From: Neovahlkampfia damariscottae
Lineage: Eukaryota
Length of the DNA stretch: 64,000 bases
NCBI GenBank assembly: GCA_016618085.1
Contig: JABLTG010000016.1
Location: 62,001-126,000 of the forward strand
Direction: 5' to 3'
Shown here: piece after piece, positions 12,401 to 25,638 of the stretch
Position numbering within the stretch: the first letter of the stretch is position 1
How the letters are laid out: each line of letters starts with the position of its first letter
The notes under the pieces: model-generated
Seen by the model: the letters and a program-made list of their open reading frames with translations, nothing else
Databases searched by the model: none
What the model was told of the DNA's origin: nothing
Made by a program: the position numbers and the translations under genes

Positions 12401-13948
12401 ATGGAAACTATAATTTTCTTAATTAAATGGTTAACCTACCTGATAATTTCTTTTGTCATCATCTTTGTTGGACTTGGATTTTTTTTTGAAAGCAAAAAAA
12501 GAAACTCAATTCGAAATGTAAAAACCAAAGAAAAACTTCCAGGACCGAATATATTTTCAATATGGATTTATAAAATATTGTACTCTAATATACCATTTTC
12601 AAAATATTTGCAAGATAAAACTAAAGGTCTCAAAATATATGGATATTTTATGCTTCATAGATTTATTGTTTCAGTATCTGATCCAAATTTGGCTCAAAAA
12701 ATAATGTCAGAAACTGATTTATTCATAAAGAAACCAGCAAATCAAGAAAAAGGATTCTTAGGTGGATCACATATTGTTAGATTAAATGGAGAAGAATGGA
12801 AAAATCAAAGAACTATTTTAAACAAAGCATTTTATAATTTCGATATTTTTAATGATGTGTTCTTAGAAAAATCAGAAATATTATTGAATTTGTTGAAAAA
12901 GAAGAGAAATGAAAAAACTTTTGAAATAACAAATTTTGAAAATATTATTCAAAATTTTACTATTGACATTCTTGGTAAAACCATATTTGGTTATGAATTC
13001 AATGCATTATCTGAAGAGTTAAACAAAGAATTAGTTTCATACAACTTTATAATGGACAGAGTATTTACTTTTCAACATTTATTATTTTCAAAATTAAAAA
13101 CTGCTTCCAATAATCTTTTTCCTTATGGTGAAGAATTTGAAAAATCAACAAAAGAAATTGATAATTTATGTTTAAATTTAATTCAAAAATCAAAAAAGAA
13201 ATTGAAAAATGAAAATGAAAAAGTTGAAAATTTATTAGATTTTATGGTTGAAAGTCAATTGGATTCTAATTCTACCACTAAATTTTCAAATGAACAAATT
13301 CAAGATAATGTTAGAATATTTTTCATTTCAGGTCATGAAACAACTTTGACTTCCATTTTATTTGAATTATTATTATTATCAAAATATCAAAGTGTTCAAC
13401 AAAAAATTAGAAATGAAATTTTGAACTTTGAATTCAATGAAAAATTTAATGAAAAATTGAAAGATTTAGAATATTTATCAATGTTTATTAAAGAGACTAT
13501 GAGATTTTTTCCACCTGTAACTCATATACCTGCTAGATTAGTTTCAAAAGATTGTATATTAAATGATTTTAAAATACCAAAAGGATCTTTAATTGGAATA
13601 TCAACTTGTAATTCATTTAACATTTCTAATCATCATTTAATAGATGATATTCATCATTCAAAAGAAATTTATGGTGATCCAGAAATATTTAGACCAGAAA
13701 GATGGTCAAATGAAGAACAAATAAAAAGAAAAATACCAAATAATTGTTTCATTCCATTTTTATCTGGACCTAGAACTTGTATTGGTAATAATTTTACTTT
13801 ACTTGAACAAAAAATTGTATTGATCAAAATTTTACAAAATTTTAAATTATCCTTATTCAATCCAAATGATGAAATTTTATCAGATCCAACAAAAATTGGA
13901 TTAAGTGGTCCAATTATGTTGAAGATCAAATTTGAAGATTTAAAATGA
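12401..13948 (+). CDS. Cytochrome P450
   Basis: N-terminal TM, SGHETT I-helix, ETMR, PERW, FLSGPRTCIG; probable in-frame 36-nt intron 13608-13643. Confidence 0.93.
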   Translation: METIIFLIKWLTYLIISFVIIFVGLGFFFESKKRNSIRNVKTKEKLPGPNIFSIWIYKILYSNIPFSKYLQDKTKGLKIYGYFMLHRFIVSVSDPNLAQKIMSETDLFIKKPANQEKGFLGGSHIVRLNGEEWKNQRTILNKAFYNFDIFNDVFLEKSEILLNLLKKKRNEKTFEITNFENIIQNFTIDILGKTIFGYEFNALSEELNKELVSYNFIMDRVFTFQHLLFSKLKTASNNLFPYGEEFEKSTKEIDNLCLNLIQKSKKKLKNENEKVENLLDFMVESQLDSNSTTKFSNEQIQDNVRIFFISGHETTLTSILFELLLLSKYQSVQQKIRNEILNFEFNEKFNEKLKDLEYLSMFIKETMRFFPPVTHIPARLVSKDCILNDFKIPKGSLIGISTCNSFNISNHHLIDDIHHSKEIYGDPEIFRPERWSNEEQIKRKIPNNCFIPFLSGPRTCIGNNFTLLEQKIVLIKILQNFKLSLFNPNDEILSDPTKIGLSGPIMLKIKFEDLK

Positions 13949-13975
13949 ATATCTGTGCATAAAATATTTTATTTT

Positions 13976-16123
13976 TCATAAAATTTCAATAACATTTACT
14001 TTACAACTTCTTTGAATATCAACTAATTTTAATATTTTATCCATCTTTAAAGGATCACAATATTGATGATGACCATCAATGATTTTTGATAGGTCAATAT
14101 TTTCAACACCTAAATCTTCATAACAAGGTTGTAATCCAGCAACATTAAAAGATAAATTTGCACATCTATAAAGAAATGCCAGTACCCAATCAGTTAAAGC
14201 ATATCCATTTACAAATCTACCAGCTACAACACTAGTTGCTCTTTTCCATTGAATTTCTTTTGAACAATTTATTGGTGCCCCAAATAGGAATACATTTTCA
14301 ATGATTCCTTTTTTATTTTGTTTTCCTAATTCTTCCAAACATTTAAATATTACTCTTGCTCCTAATGAATAACCAACAAGAGTAACAGGTCTATTACCTT
14401 GTACATGAGAAATTAAAACATCTGCTAATAATTTCCCTGCTTTATTTGCTCTATCAATTCCTAAATTCCATGGATTATTCATAAATCCAAATGTTCGAAT
14501 TGCCATAATAGGAAAATGAATAGATTTTAAAAGAACATAAATTGAAGGTACAATTAATGCAGTAGTGGCTTCAATCCAAATATCTTTTAATATTCCTGCT
14601 GCTTTTGATTGAACAAAATTATGAATTAAATATCCTAATTTGTATAACAAATCATTTTCCCAATCTAGGTTAAATACTTCACCATGTTTATGTTGTGATC
14701 TCAAAACACTCCAAAATTGATTTGATTCATTTTTTGGATTTCTTTTTAAAAAACCTGAAATACCAATATATAAATTTAAACCTGGATTTTGTTTTGGTAT
14801 TGTTATCCAATCATCAAATTCTTGATCTGTATCAACTTGAATCCAATCTTTAATTTCTTCTTCTTCTTTTTCAATTTCTTCTTTCATTTCATTGGTAATC
14901 TAAATTGACAAATCAAAAAATATTTCTTACTGGAGGAGGAATTATTTTTTTTAAATTTTCGTTTTCTTTTGATTTTTCAAATTGAATTAATTTTAATATT
15001 TCATCAATTTTTGATAATTGTATTTTTTCATTTTTTATTTCTTTTATTATTAATTTATCATTTTCTTCTTTCACGAAACACCTATTTTTTTTTTCGTCTT
15101 TTTTTGGTGTATAAATATTTTTATATAACATTTCATCTTTTTCAGTCAAGATTAAGTCATCTTCATGAATTAAATTATCATTAGATTCTGTTTCTATTAA
15201 TAAATTTTCATCAATTTCAACATTAATTTCTTCAATATCTAATAATGGATTCTTATTTTCTAATACTTTTTCAAAATCAATTTCATCTTTAAATATCGGT
15301 ATCTTTTGAAATTGAAATTGATTTAATCCATCTGTTCTTTTTTTAACCATATACCCTCCAAGACCAGATCCACTTAATCCAAATAAACCAGCCACTATAA
15401 ATGGACCACCAAATAATACAATAGTTGAACCAGCCAATGATGATAATCCAATTACACCAAGAGCAGCAGGTAATAATATTGGTGTAATAACTAATCCAGT
15501 GAACATTAAACCTACACCTCCAACAAAACTACCTAATCCAATTAATGCTAATCTATGTAATGTTGGTATAATATTTTCTTTTTTTTCTTTTGATATTTCT
15601 TCAATTTCTTGTAATGATTTTTTTAATTGAATTGATAATTCTTCTTCTGCATCATAAAATTCATTCAATTTTAATTTTAAAATGACACTCATTTTCATAG
15701 CAGTAACTCTAATTCGTGAATCATATTCATTTTCATTAATTAAAGCTAAAACTAAAAAACACATGATTCCAATCCATTTATAATCATCTTCAATTTTACA
15801 TCCAACAAGCTCTTTTAAATATTAAAAAATTGAGAAAACAAACCTAGAGGTGGAATAGATATTTCTTCTTCTTCTGTTGGTACTTCTAACAATCCAATCA
15901 ATTCTTTGATATCTTCCTTTTTTAATTTTAATCCTTCAAGTATATTGGAAAGTAATTTTGGTTTATCTTTGTGCCATTCTAAAGAACTAAAGGTATATAA
16001 AGTTCCAAGGTGAATTCTTTGCTTATATGGTATTAGTTCAAGTGTTTTGAATAATGGTAAGTTGGAAATATCCAATTTATTAACATTAAAGAAATTTGAT
16101 TTTGTTAAATTGTTTCCTTCCAT
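13976..16123 (-). CDS. TMCO4/DUF726 alpha/beta-hydrolase-like protein
   Basis: YDSRIR, Gly-rich hydrophobic stretch, GNRPVTLVGYSLGARVIF, VVAGRFVNGY..DWVL; 2 introns join three ORFs. Confidence 0.85.
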
Positions 16124-16177
16124 CAACAAATACGTTTAAAATTGACCAATAAAAAAACAATCTAATTATAGATTAAA

Positions 16178-17219
16178 ATGGAAACAGAAAAGAGATGCTT
16201 GGGGTTAATACTTGGATGCGCTGTTGGTGATGCAAAAGGGATACCAGTAGAAAATAAAACCAAACAAGAAATTGAAGAATACTTCAAAACTCATTCAAAA
16301 AAAGAATTATATTTAAAATGTGAAGATCATCCATTTATAACTGATTCTTTTGAACCTGGAAGTTGGACTGATGATACACAATTAACTTTAGCAATGTGTA
16401 GATCTTTTATAAAATCAAAATGTTTCAATATGGATTCAATAGTTGAAGAACATTGTTTTGAATATAAAAGATCATTAGGTTTTTTATTTTTTTAATTTAT
16501 TTTAATTATTAGATGGATGGGGTGGTACACGTAATGCTATTAAAAGATTAGTTGATAAAACACATTCATATAAAGATTGTGGTAACTTTGCAATTGGAAA
16601 TGGAGTATTAATGAAAATATCACCATTAGCATTTTATTATTCAAAACAAAGTGATATCTCATGGAAAGAGAAACAAAAATCTATTGAAATATTATCAAAA
16701 ATGACTCATACAACACCTGTTGCAATTATTACAGCATGTTTATTATGTTATTTTGAAGAAGAAATATTTCGAAATCCAAAAATATTAAAATCAAAAAAAG
16801 AAATGAAAGAATTATTAAAAAAAACTATTGAAAAGTCAATTGAACTTGAATTTATTTATATAAAAGAAGAAAAAGATGATTTAGCATTTCAAAAATCAAC
16901 AACAAAATTGAAATTACTTTTAGATAATTTTGAAAATTTAAATGATGAAAAAATTATTGAAATAAGTGATGGTGCAACCTATTATTGTTTAAATTCAATG
17001 ATTGCAGTTATTGGATTATTATGTTCTTGTGATTGTAGTTTTAAAGATATTGAAAGATCAATTTATTTAGGTGGTGATACAGATTCAAATGCATCAATGA
17101 TTGGTGCAGTAATTGGTGGTTGTTTTGGATTTAATTTTATTCCAAATGAACAATTCAAAGATTTATATTTAATTGATGAATTAAAAGAAATTGGAATAAA
17201 ATATTCAAAAATTTTTTAA
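16178..17219 (+). CDS. ADP-ribosylglycohydrolase (ARH/DraG family)
   Basis: GCAVGDAKG, WTDDT, GNGVLMKISP, GGDTDSNASMIGA; one intron near 16478-16512. Confidence 0.9.
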
Positions 17220-19016
17220 TCTGAATCAACTTCATCCATTCCATCAACTTCAATTTTTCTTACAAGATCATCCATTTTTTTCTGTTCTTCTTGATTTAAA
17301 TTAATAATAATTGGTGAATCAGATGATTTTCTTTCTTTATATTTTTTTAAATTTGATAATTTTGGAGATTGAGCAAAGCTTCCTTTTCCTTTTAATTTAT
17401 TGTTAAAATTAATTTTAATTTACTTTTTAATTGAATTACTTCACCTTTTTGATATGGATATTTCTCAGATTCTTGATCAAACTTCTTTGCCATTTCAAAT
17501 GAAGTTATTGCTTCTTTCATTGCATTTGTACCTTTAAATAATAAACCTTGTGGAATATGACCACCTGTTAATCCTTTTAATTGTAAAATTAATTCTTTTT
17601 CTTTTCTTAAAGTTGAATACATATTTGCAATTCTTCCTAATGTTAATACTTTTGTTTTAATTGATTCAGCTTTATCAGAATCAAGTTTAAAATCTTCATC
17701 ATTTTCTTTTTGTTCTTCTAATTCTTCAGAATAATCAACTAAAAATTGAAATATATGACTAACTTTTTCACCAACAAATGGAATTGACCAATTGAATACA
17801 TTCATAAAATTTGGAAGAAAATAAGGATGTGTAACTTGTGTAAATTGTTTTACATTCATCATATTACTTTCAAATTTAATAATTGCTGCTTTATTACCTT
17901 TTCAAAAAAAAATAAAAAATGAAAATAATGAATTACGATAGGCATCACAATAATTTGGTGCAGAAAATATACAAATAATCATTGGAAATTGAGTTACTGG
18001 ATCTGCTTTATATAATTTATATCCATTATCTTGTGCTTCATGTGCTCTAATTACAGATAAAAGATTATTATTCTTTAAAAATGTTTCAACAGCAAGATAT
18101 GAATATGTAAATGAACAACCACGTAATTCATTATATTGAAACATATTTTCTTCATCAATTAACATTTCTTCATCATCATTCATTGGATCTGACCAAAGTA
18201 AATCACTTAAAAATTAATATAAATAAGTTAATAAGTTACCACATAGGTCCTGTAGCGGGTGTTTCTATAAATCTATCAATATCATAAATATCATCAATAG
18301 TAACAATATCTGGACTTAGACCACCATGAACACATAAAAATTTGTCATTTAATATAACAGCTAAAGGTAAAGCATCAAATGCTACCATTACATTGTTATA
18401 AATATCTTCATCATATTTATATAAACCTTTTTTTTTTTTTGATTAAGTTTTTTATTTTTTTTTACATTCTTTTTTAAAATTGAAATAAGTTGTTAAATGT
18501 CTACATTCATGATTTCCACGAAGCATAATGAATGTTTTTGGATACATTATTTTGTAACAGAATAAAAGAAATACGCATTCAATTCCAAATGCACCTCTAT
18601 CAACATAATCACCAAGAAACAAATATTGTTCATTTTTTGGATCTCCTGAAATGTCGAATAGTTTTACTAAATCATAAAATTGACCATGAATATCACCACA
18701 AACTATTTTGAAACTTTTTAAATATTTTTTTATTCCAACCTGTAACTGGTTCTTGCATATAAAGTAAATTTGGTTCTTTTGCGAATAAAACTGCTGCTTT
18801 TTTTATAATCTCAATGGCCAATTTTTTTTCAATTCTTCCTTCATTCAATAAGTGCTTTTTTAAAACTTCGAATTGAATTTCTCCGTCTTCGTTATGCAAG
18901 TCTTGTATTTTCAAATAAGTTTTTACAAGTGGAATAGGTACATTTGGTACCATTCTTTTTGTATAGTCAACGGATTTACCTTCCGTTTCCAATTCCATTT
19001 CATCCTTCTTCTCCAT
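17216..19016 (-). CDS. Calcineurin catalytic subunit A (PP2B)
   Basis: [56 protein letters not shown], autoinhibitory FEMAKKFD; 5 introns. Confidence 0.95.
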
Positions 19017-19128
19017 TTTTTTGTTGAAGATTTTGATTGGGTGTTCAAAATTGCCTTCAACGTTACATCAAAATAAAAAAAGAGAAAAAAAAAATGAAAT
19101 AGTTAGAAAAGAGATTTAATAATAGGTT

Positions 19129-19707
19129 TCAATGAATTTGTTCTAATTCAACCAATACGCCATTGCAATCTTTTGGATGTAAAAAGATGACCAACTTTCC
19201 ATGAGCTCCAATTTTAGGTTTATCTGATAAACATCTAATTCCTTTATCTTTCATTTGGGCCATTGCAATTTCAATATCAACAACCTTTTAAAAAAATTAA
19301 TTTTTTTTTTTTTTCAGAACTTCAAGACAAACATGATGAATTCCACCCTTCATTTTTATTAAAATCTAATTTGAATTACAGTCTTATTTTTATTCAAAAA
19401 ATTCGCAATTGGAGAATCAGAACCCAAAGGATACTTCAAACATTATTTTTTTTTTATAATTTACCAATAATTCAATTTTTGTATTTTCTAATTCAACAAA
19501 TACTACAGTTACTCCATGGTCAGGTTGGTCAAATGGTTCTGACACTTTTGCACCCATGACGTCACTATAAAATGAAGAACTTTGTTTTAAATCAGGTACA
19601 GCAATAGCAACATGATTTAATTTTCCAATTTGAAAAGGTAACTTTGGTGTCGTTGAAGAAAAAGCTTTTTTTGAAACTAAAGTTTTGAACAACTTTCTGT
19701 GAAACAT
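19129..19707 (-). CDS. MCEE: Methylmalonyl-CoA epimerase, mitochondrial
   Basis: Presequence-like N-terminus, LNHVAIAVPDL, HGVTVVFV, GGIHHVCLEV, IGAHGK, FLHPKDCNG; 3 introns. Confidence 0.93.
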
Positions 19708-19769
19708 CCAATCAAATTACTCCAAAATTTTGAAGAAGAAAATAATTTATTTTTTTTTTTTGATAACAT

Positions 19770-20098
19770 TTATTCAACTTTTGTTTTTGATTTTATTTCT
19801 CTGAGTTTTTTTGTTATGAATTCTAAATCTGTTTTCATATTTTGTAGTAGTTTTTGATGTTTTGTATATTTGGTGTAAATCTCTTCATATTTTTGTTCAG
19901 ATATTATAAGATGATTATTTAATTTGGCATTTGATTCTTGAAAATTTTTCAAACTATTTAAATTTAGAAAAATCAGTTTTTTTACGTTTCGTATTGTCTT
20001 GATTTCATTGAAGTTATATCTTCACTATCAATAAATTGACTTATATTTTCATAAAATAATTTTGAACTGCTTGAAGTTTCTTCTACTTTTTCAGACAT
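19770..20098 (-). CDS. KxDL-motif protein (BORC subunit KXD1-like)
   Basis: Short coiled coil with HQKLLQNMKTDLEFITKKLR; one intron. Confidence 0.7.
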
Positions 20099-20127
20099 CT
20101 TTTTGATTGGTTCATCTTGTCTGAAAA
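20099..20127. promoter_or_regulatory. 29-bp bidirectional promoter region with one CCAAT (ATTGG) box
   Basis: ATTGG at 20106-20110 between divergent ATGs at 20098 (-) and 20128 (+). Confidence 0.6.
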
Positions 20128-20855
20128 ATGAAAAGAAAAAACAAAACATTAGAGAAAGGTTGAGAAAATCTTTTGATTAATTTTTAAGACTTAAAACTAC
20201 TTTCAAATAATCTTCGAAATTGTATTCTGATTGACTACATGAACATCAATTTCGAAACTTTTAAAAACGAAAATATGGTTGGTTCATTTTTTTTGATTTA
20301 AAATTTTAGAATGAAGAAATATCATTAATTCATATTATATGTATTGAATATGATTATTATTTTATCATAAATACAAAAAACTTCATGGAAATGATTTTAA
20401 AAGAAATTGAAGAAACTACTTTTTTGTTTATTGATGTTTCTCCAAAATTAAAAAAACCAATTTTAGCATCAAATAATTTAATTTCGAGTACAATTAATTT
20501 CATGAAAGAAATTCAAAAAACAATTCAAAATTTTGATAATATAACAACAACAACTTTAATAGAATTGAAATTTGATAATTTAATAGACACAACAATTTTA
20601 AATGGATGGTTTTTAAATTATCCTTTTATTTATATTCATTCAAACTTTTTTGAAAATGATGATTCATTTGAGCATTGTTTGAATTTTGAAACTCTTTATT
20701 TGATTGAAATTTATTTTGAGAATGAATTCATAAAAAGTTTTTCAATACCACTTGAATTATTTAATGATGATGTTAAAAAGAAATGGATAAATGAATTAGA
20801 AAGAAAATTTTTTGTTAAATATAAAAAATTTGAATCCTCCAATCTAATCATTTGA
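20128..20855 (+). CDS. DUF4504/UPF0739 (C1orf74-like) protein
   Basis: Two introns; LRNCILIDY, LNGWFLNYPFIY, SFSIP motifs. Confidence 0.6.
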
Positions 20856-20874
20856 CCAATCATTTCATTTCAAG

Positions 20875-23044
20875 ATGAAAAAGAAGAAAAGTGGTGGACT
20901 TTTTGACTCAAATTTTGAATTGGAGAGTGTTGGTGATGATATCAAAGGATTTAAAAGTAAAAAAATAAAATAAAAATTTAAATATTTGAAAACAAGACTT
21001 CATACAAAGCGAAAAGGAATTTGTAATTGAAGAAACAGATGCACTGGAAGAAAAAGAAAGACAAAAATTTTATGATGTAAAATATAAATTAAAAAATTTA
21101 AAGTTTAAAAAGTTAACAAAAATTGGAAAATATGAATTTGTTATTGAGTCAATGAATTCTGGAAAATTTAAAGTTGAATTAAAAGTTACAGATAAAAAGA
21201 AAAATACACTTGTTAGTTGTGAAAAGATATTACAGGGTAGAGGTAAAAATAGTTTACATAGTTTTTCTTTCAATTTAAAAGAAGGACAAACACCTGCTGT
21301 TTTGTATATAAACTTTTACGACAAATCAAGTTTTTTTAAAAAAGCATCATACTCATTTAAATGTCAAGCAATTAGTGATGATATAATTGATTTTGATTCA
21401 ACAAGTTCACCAAAAGTACAAACTGGAGGAATGATTGGACCATTAAAACCTGCTACTTTAGAAGATGTTTTTGAAATTGAAAAGAATCAAAAATTACAAG
21501 TTCAAATATATTTAGTTGATGAAAATGAAAAAGTAAATACAATGGTACATAAAAATGAAAGTTATTCAAAATTAATGAAAAGTTTAACTGAAAAGTATGG
21601 TATTAAAACATTAAAGTATACTGATAATGAAAATGAAAAAGCAACAATACGTTCTGATGAAGAATTACAAGTATTTTTTACAAATATTAAACCTGGAGTT
21701 ATACCAAAATTATATTTACAATCACCAACTGCAGGTGGTTCAGGTAGTTTTACAATATCATCACCTACAAATTCAATTGTTCATTCTTTACCTCAAAATG
21801 TATTAAAAACACCAACATCAGAAAAACCAAATTCAGAAGATGGAAAAAATATATTTATACTACCTGAAAATGATAGAAAACATTCTGCACCTTCAACAGT
21901 ATTAAGTGAAGATAAACCACATTATGTTAAAAAATGGCAAAAAGGAAAGTTATTAGGAGCAGGAGCATTTGCTAAAGTATATAAAGCATTAGATCAAGAT
22001 ACAGGAAAGTTAATAGCTGTAAAACAAGTTGATTTAAAAGGAATAAATTATACAGAAGAGAAATTTAAAGCATTAGAATCAGAAATATTATTATTATCAA
22101 CATTAAATCATGAAAATATTGTTAGATATCTTGGAATGGAAAGAAATGAAAAATATTTGAATATATTTTTAGATTTTATACCAGGTGGATCAATTGAAAA
22201 TGTTTATGGTGATTTTGAATTATCTGAAGAAGTTGTTAAAAATTATACAAAACAAATATTAGAAGGATTAATTTATCTTCATAGTAAAAATATTTTACAT
22301 AGAGATATTAAAGCTGCAAATATTTTACTTGATAATAATGGTCAAGTTTATTTATCTGATTTTGGTGCTTCAAAAAAATTAACAAATCAAATTAAAAAAG
22401 AAAAGATTTTAGAAGGTACTCCAAATTATATGTCCCCAGAGGTCATTAGTCAATGCAAATATACAAAATATGCTGATATTTATGCTTTAGGTTGTACAGT
22501 ATTAGAAATGTTAACAAGAGCTGTTCCTTGGTCTGATGTTTTAAATAATTTTGATAATCCTTATTCTTTTTTTGAATGGAGAAGGGAAAAAGATCCACGT
22601 TTAGAAATTCCAAAAAATTTATCAAATCATGCTAGAAGTTTTATACAAGCATGTGTTCAAGAGTATTTTTATTATATATCTAAATATCTACTTTTTAGTT
22701 TTCCTGAAAATCGTCCTAGTGCAGAACAATTATTGAATCATGTTTTTATAACTGGAAAAGATGATTTAGATGAAGATTATGGTGAAGATGATGTAAAACC
22801 AAAAGAATTAGTTGAACCAAAACAAAAATATATAAATGATGGTTTTGAATTTGATGATATTGATAAAGATGGTGGTTATGTTTCACCAAAAGATCCTTTC
22901 TCTTCTGATGATGAAGATGATAAACAAGAGAGATCACCTGTTAAAAAAAATGGAAATATTGATCAACCAAAAAAGAATTATTCATTAGGTTTTGATGATT
23001 TATTAGAAGGTAGTAATGACGATGATGATGAAGATTTTATCTAA
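20875..23044 (+). CDS. STE11/MEKK-family MAP3K with PB1 domain
   Basis: LKYTDNENEKATIRSDEEL (PB1), WQKGKLLGAGAF, AVKQV, HRDIKAAN, DFG; introns near 20957-20996 and 22663-22698. Confidence 0.9.
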
Positions 23045-23052
23045 AATAAAAT

Positions 23053-25454
23053 TTATTCACTTTGATCTTTTGAGAAATTTAGAAATACTTGTTCTAATGT
23101 TGTTTGACTAATTGAATAATCAAATATTTTCAATTGTTTTTTTGCTCCTTCTACCAAATCAAATATTTTCCACAATTCAGTTTGTGTTTCAATTTCACAA
23201 ACAATAGTGTTACCAATTTTATTTATAATTTTTACATTTTTGAAGTTTTCTTTTATCCAATTCTCAATTATATCAAGATTTTCATCTTTTCCAATTAAAC
23301 TAAAAATATATCCACCACCAAATTTATTCTTTAAATGTTGGGATGATCCAATACACTTCAATTCACCATTTACAAGTACACCTAATCTAGAGCATAATGC
23401 ATCAGCTTCTTCCATTGAATGTGTCAATAATAATATTACTCTATCTTCTCTTAATTTTGTAATTTCATTCCATAAAGTTTTTCTCATTGAAGGATCCATT
23501 CCACTTGATGGTTCATCTAACAATACAATTTGTGGTGAACCAATGAATGATAAAGCAACACTTAATCTTCTTTTATTACCTTGACTATAATCTGATACCT
23601 TTTTATTCACTTCTTCAGTTAAATTGAATCTTTCCAAAATTTTCAATGAACTATCATTATAAGTTAATCCTCTAATGTATGTATATATTTGAACATGTTC
23701 TTTTCCTGTTAATTTTTCCCAAAGTCTATCTTCTTGTGCACAAACACCTAAATGATTATATACCTTATTTGGATTTTTTAAAACATCAAAATTGTTCAAA
23801 AAAACATTTCCACCATTTGTTCCTAATATTCCTGAAATGATGGATATCAAAGTACTTTTACCTGCACCATTTGGTCCTAATAATCCAAAACATTCACCTT
23901 TTTGAATTGATAAATATACATTTTTCAACACTTTTTTTTCTTTCTTTTTTAAACAAGAAAAATAATTTTGTTGATAAGTTTTTGAAACATTTAAAATTCT
24001 CAACATATCATTTGATATTTTTGTTTTTTCAATTTCTTTAAAAACATCTTCATCTTCGATTTCTATTTCATCATTTTCAAAATTCTTTAAATGAATTCTT
24101 TTTTTGTATTGATTAACAAATTCAAATAATCTTTAATGAAATATTAGTTTCTTTTTCTTACATTATACAAAAAACAAAAAATATAGTTTCAAAAATTAAA
24201 ATTAAAAGTAAAACGAAAATATTCAAATTTTCATTTTTAAAAGTGAATAAAGAAGATAAAGTAATTGGATTATCATTAATGATTGCCTTGGATAATGTTG
24301 ATATACCATAAAATAATGAATATATTGGAACAAATGAACCTAATACATTAACCCAATTTGGTATATTATTATTTGCTATAAAATTTACAATAATAAATAT
24401 TGCAGATAATGATAATGCAATAATTGCACCTAACCATTGAGATACATCTTTTCCTTTTTTAAAAAAGAAACTTATAAAATATGAACTTGATGTTAATGTA
24501 GTTCCATAAAAGAAATAAAGTGAAAATATAATAAAAAATGAGTTATCAATAAATGTTGGTATTTGGCCAATGAAAATGAGAATGATGATTTGAAATGAAA
24601 CAATTAGACAATATAAAGTGAAATCAATAATAAATCTAGATAACCAATATGTAAATATATTCACACCAGACTTGAAAATTAATATTTCTTTTTTTTTTTT
24701 TTACTAAAATTATTTGATCTTTGATTTTTGTTTCTTTTTCTTCAACAATCATTTGTGCAAAAACTGAAATCAAAAAAGTGACACTTAATGATAAAAAATA
24801 TGGTCCGGATGATGAAAATAAAATTGATTTTTCTGATGACTTTCTGATGAATTTAGCAAATGGATATTTTGAAATTGGATTGGTTTTATTTAAAATTCCT
24901 TGAATAGAATTAGTCAATATATTATTCATTTTTGGTAATGTATTTATATCTGTTGAGTTATACATTATGGTATAATTAAAAAGTTTTCTTTGAAAATCTA
25001 AATTCTCAAAAATTAAACCAGCAAAAACTTTATCCGTTGTTGATGATGATAAATACTCATCTATTTTTGAAGTTGAGTCAAACTTTTTAAATTTCATCAA
25101 AGTACCAACAAAAGGTACCATATGTCTTAATACTGACTCCATATTGTCAGGTTTTATATTTGGATTTGAATAAAATACAATTTCTGACGTTTTTTGAGCA
25201 TGATTTAAGGTAGATAAAGATTCATACTGAGGTGGTATTTGATCTATTAAGCCAAATAAATATCCTTTTTTTTTTATTTTATTTATCTTTCTTACCTGAA
25301 CCAGCGAGTTGAAGTGTTATGAAAAATGGGAACACCAATGATATTAGTAAGTACCTATACTCTTTTGACTATAAAATTTAGTAATTTCAATTCAAACGTA
25401 GATTTTGAAATTTTTTATCAGTAAACCGAAGAGTTGAAGGAAAAAATATTTCAT
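23053..25454 (-). CDS. ABC transporter, ABCA-type half transporter (TMD + one NBD)
   Basis: GECFGLLGPNGAGKST, YSQGNKRRLSVA, LLDEPSSGMDP, SQHLKNKFG, TTLEQVF; 4 introns. Confidence 0.9.
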
Positions 25455-25638
25455 TGGATGATTTTTTTCCACATTTTTTTGGGTTTTTAAACCACATTTC
25501 TCTTCAGTATTTGAAATGACAAATTTTTCGGAAAAAAAAGTGAAGACCGTTTGAATTTAAAATTAGAAATGAATCTGATTGGACCACTAAAGAAGGTTTT
25601 TGAAAACAAAACATCAATTACTAAATTACAATTGAGAA

